A stretch of DNA of 64,000 bases. Source: Macrostomum lignano. Taxonomy: Eukaryota. The DNA lies in NCBI GenBank assembly GCA_002269645.1, contig NIVC01002693.1:85250-149249 (forward strand), given 5' to 3'. Positions 61,576 through 64,000 of this stretch are shown in pieces; positions within the stretch are counted from its first letter, which is position 1, and each line of letters starts with the position of its first letter. The notes beneath the pieces are model-generated. The model did no database searches. It was not told the origin of the DNA and saw nothing but the letters and a program-made list of their open reading frames with translations. A program made the translations under genes and the position numbers.

Positions 61576-62265
61576 ATGCAGCAGCCATACAATATGCAAC
61601 TAGCTCACGATTCTACATTTATTATTGCTGGACCTTCAAACTCGGGTAAAACTGAATGGACGTTGCGTTTGTTGACTGAACGAAAAGAATTATTTGATAA
61701 AAAACCGTGCCGTCTTGTTTGGTGCCATGGATCAAGTTTGAAACCAGACGATCAACAACGAATTAGAACATGCTGGCAAAAAAGCGGTCTTGACCCTATT
61801 GTTTTTGTACCCGAATTCACACCACAGATGATTAATCGTTTTTTACCACACGATTTGGTTGTTGTTGACGACTTGCAAAGCGAGATTGCTAAGTTGCCAG
61901 AATTTACTAGTATGTTTACAAAGCATGCGCATCATATCCCTTTGACTTGTCTGTACCTTTGTCAAGGTCTTTTTAACAAGTCTGATCCAGAAGCACGCAT
62001 GCGAAGTTTATCAGCTAGTTATATTTGTCTAACTCGTAGTGTGCGCGATCGAACCACAGTTGAACATCTCGGTCGACAAATGTATCCGCGTAATAGTAGG
62101 TTTCTAGTGAATGTGTATGAAGACGCAACAAATAACAAACCTTTTTCATATTTATTCATTGACCTGCGGCAAGTGACACCAGATTTTTTACGATTGAGAA
62201 CAGGAATATTTTCTGGTGATGAACAAGTTGTCTATACTCGTGAATGTGATGCAAAGTTTGTGTAA
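61576..62265 (+). CDS. A32/FtsK-like DNA packaging ATPase
   Basis: Walker A GPSNSGKT, Walker B LVVVDD, KHAHH, LYLCQGLF and PFSYLFIDL..LRLRT motifs typical of Polinton ATPases. Confidence 0.92.
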   Translation: MQQPYNMQLAHDSTFIIAGPSNSGKTEWTLRLLTERKELFDKKPCRLVWCHGSSLKPDDQQRIRTCWQKSGLDPIVFVPEFTPQMINRFLPHDLVVVDDLQSEIAKLPEFTSMFTKHAHHIPLTCLYLCQGLFNKSDPEARMRSLSASYICLTRSVRDRTTVEHLGRQMYPRNSRFLVNVYEDATNNKPFSYLFIDLRQVTPDFLRLRTGIFSGDEQVVYTRECDAKFV

Positions 62266-62322
62266 TATTATTATAAGCAAATTATAAACTGTTGTCAATA
62301 TTAGTTTGTGTTTTATTTCAAA

Positions 62323-63312
62323 ATGAGTTTTTACGTTTTTTTGCCGTCAAACGATATCAGTTACGAAACCAACTCGCCTAATGAATTTCGAGTGCGACTA
62401 ACTGAACCAATAAATTTATTGAACGGATTCTTCGAGGTTGCACTAGTTGAATTACTGTGCCATGGAGCAATTACGACGCCAAATGCTCATCGTGAGCGTC
62501 GATTTGAAGTTCCATATTTTGCGGACATTGACTCAATAATACGATTAAAGAAAAACTATTGGGGTCGTGTTTGGGCAGAGGCAGACTTGGATGCTTACGT
62601 TTCCTGGCAACCGTCTGGTACAGATGAAAAATTTGCCTGGCTTTTACGAAATTCAGGCGAAAAAACTATTGGATTAGAACTACCAGTTACATTTATGGAC
62701 GCTTTCAAATTTGACTCTTGGAAGAAACTTTCTGGACTTGTCTCGGAAAAATTATCAAAACCTGCCGCTGGTAGTGTACAACCACCGGATGGTTCATACT
62801 TGGATTTGATAAAAAGTCTCGACAATACTCTAGCGCTAGTACCTGAGAACTATTATGTTTTTTATTGTGTTCTATCGCCTGGTGAAGCTATACGACTTGT
62901 TTCGCATGGAGACTATCTTCGAAAAACGGAAGGAGAAGTGTACATCAAAGTACACCAATATTGGTTGAGAAATCGTGTTTGGCGCATTAACAAAACCTAC
63001 TTGGATGCTGTGCTACCTTCTCCGATGCCTAGTAAAACGGTTTACATGTACTGTTACACAGATATAATCGAGTATCAAGCAGTGGGAAGTACATCAGTAC
63101 CGTTGCTTCGAGTTGTGGAACTCCAACAAAAGAAAAACGGAGAACTTATACGCGATAGCAGTGCATTGCAAACACCCTACTACTTGAAAACAAATCGACA
63201 ACAAATTCACGAGATTTCGATTCGACTATCGGACCAGCGCGGAAAACCGTTTAATTTTGATCCGGGAGCACACGTTGTTGTCGTACTGCATTTTAAACAT
63301 AGGTCGGACTAA
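62323..63312 (+). CDS. Minor capsid protein (penton-like, single jelly roll)
   Basis: N-terminus FYVFLPSN..NEFRVRL..FEVALVEL; C-terminus YCYTDIIEYQAVGSTSVPLLRVV..EISIRLSDQRG..VVLHFK. Lies directly after the ATPase. Confidence 0.88.
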   Translation: MSFYVFLPSNDISYETNSPNEFRVRLTEPINLLNGFFEVALVELLCHGAITTPNAHRERRFEVPYFADIDSIIRLKKNYWGRVWAEADLDAYVSWQPSGTDEKFAWLLRNSGEKTIGLELPVTFMDAFKFDSWKKLSGLVSEKLSKPAAGSVQPPDGSYLDLIKSLDNTLALVPENYYVFYCVLSPGEAIRLVSHGDYLRKTEGEVYIKVHQYWLRNRVWRINKTYLDAVLPSPMPSKTVYMYCYTDIIEYQAVGSTSVPLLRVVELQQKKNGELIRDSSALQTPYYLKTNRQQIHEISIRLSDQRGKPFNFDPGAHVVVVLHFKHRSD

Positions 63313-63368
63313 TTTATAAGCAAAGATTAATTGTGTAATAGAAAATTTTGTGAATTTGTTTTGTAAGA

Positions 63369-63773
63369 ATGAGCGAACTAACAGAAAAAGGAAAACAAAA
63401 TGCTCGCTCATTGTGTCAGTGTGCTTTTTTACTACAAATTGTTTATCGGCTAAAGCATCCAAAGCAGAGAAAAAGTTTTTTACAAACACTTTCAGAGTCG
63501 GAGATACGATGTCTAGTAGACTTTCTGTTTAATATTATTAGTGGACGTATTAAAATTAGTAACTGTAACAAAAGACGACTTGAGAAGCATCGCAGATATA
63601 TACGCCAGCTTTTGGAACAGAAGACTCCAATTACTGCAAAAAGGAAAATACTTGTCCAACACGGAGGATTTTTACCTTTTTTGGCTCCAATTATTGCCGC
63701 TCTACCTGCTATAAGCACTGCGCTTGGGATAACGTCTGGAGTAGTTGGTACGCCGCGGGAGCAGCGAATTTAA
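63369..63773 (+). CDS. Conserved small basic Polinton protein ending in a GGFLP motif (virion core/membrane-active protein candidate)
   Basis: FNIISGRIKIS...KRKILVQHGGFLPFLAPIIAALP; position after the penton gene is as usually seen in Polintons. Confidence 0.75.
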   Translation: MSELTEKGKQNARSLCQCAFLLQIVYRLKHPKQRKSFLQTLSESEIRCLVDFLFNIISGRIKISNCNKRRLEKHRRYIRQLLEQKTPITAKRKILVQHGGFLPFLAPIIAALPAISTALGITSGVVGTPREQRI

Positions 63774-63806
63774 TACGATCAATTCAACGAAAGTAGTAGG
63801 AATATA

Positions 63807-63974
63807 ATGCGAACTAACGAGAGTAGTAGTTTTCAACGAATGTATCTAGTACCTGAATCTGTGTATCAATCTGCATGTCAAGGTGCAGAGCAAGGATCGT
63901 CACCAACTGCTGAGACACCTCGAAAAACTGAAGTTTTAGACGCACCGCAAGATGCTCTGGCAAAAATATGGTGA
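63807..63974 (+). CDS. Start of the next Polinton gene (RMYLVPESVY...), apparently disrupted or frameshifted
   Basis: ATG at 63807, MYLVPE motif and a stop at 63972-63974; close to the window edge. Confidence 0.35.
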   Translation: MRTNESSSFQRMYLVPESVYQSACQGAEQGSSPTAETPRKTEVLDAPQDALAKIW

Positions 63975-64000
63975 AATGAAGAGACCAAATGGATAACTTG

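Larger units (their letters stand above)
53865..64000 (+). mobile_element. Polinton/Maverick (adintovirus-like) element, left part; continues beyond the window
   Basis: Starts AGTAGTAGTATACG exactly where the ankyrin repeat breaks (terminus at 53865 or 53868). Contains ATPase, penton-like, PLA2, PolB-remnant and GGFL-type genes. Integrase, major capsid and protease are not seen in this window. Confidence 0.9.

Overview
Repeat-rich eukaryotic (animal) genomic DNA with spliceosomal introns, microsatellites and several transposon classes; the style resembles flatworm DNA, but the taxon cannot be confirmed from sequence alone. Three structures dominate. (1) A 16.5-kb element (11244-27789) with ~4.4-kb near-identical terminal inverted repeats, ACTACTA...TAGTAGT ends and a 6-bp target-site duplication (ATCCTG), inserted in a 13-bp satellite. 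It carries a ~9-copy 660-bp tandem array and branched hairpins, and no recognisable gene. (2) Two paralogous ankyrin-repeat genes (main exons from 33648 and 51523) built from 72-aa double-ankyrin units that vary at a few fixed positions. Their introns contain BEL/Pao and Harbinger debris. (3) A Polinton/Maverick (adintovirus-like) element starting AGTAGTAGT at ~53865, inserted in the second ankyrin gene and running off the window. It encodes a packaging ATPase, penton-like minor capsid protein, parvovirus-type PLA2 and dUTPase. It also has a PolB gene lacking its catalytic core, a spliced OB-fold SSB-like gene and a TBP-like gene. All protein assignments are by eye from motifs, not from database searches; most repeat boundaries are approximate.
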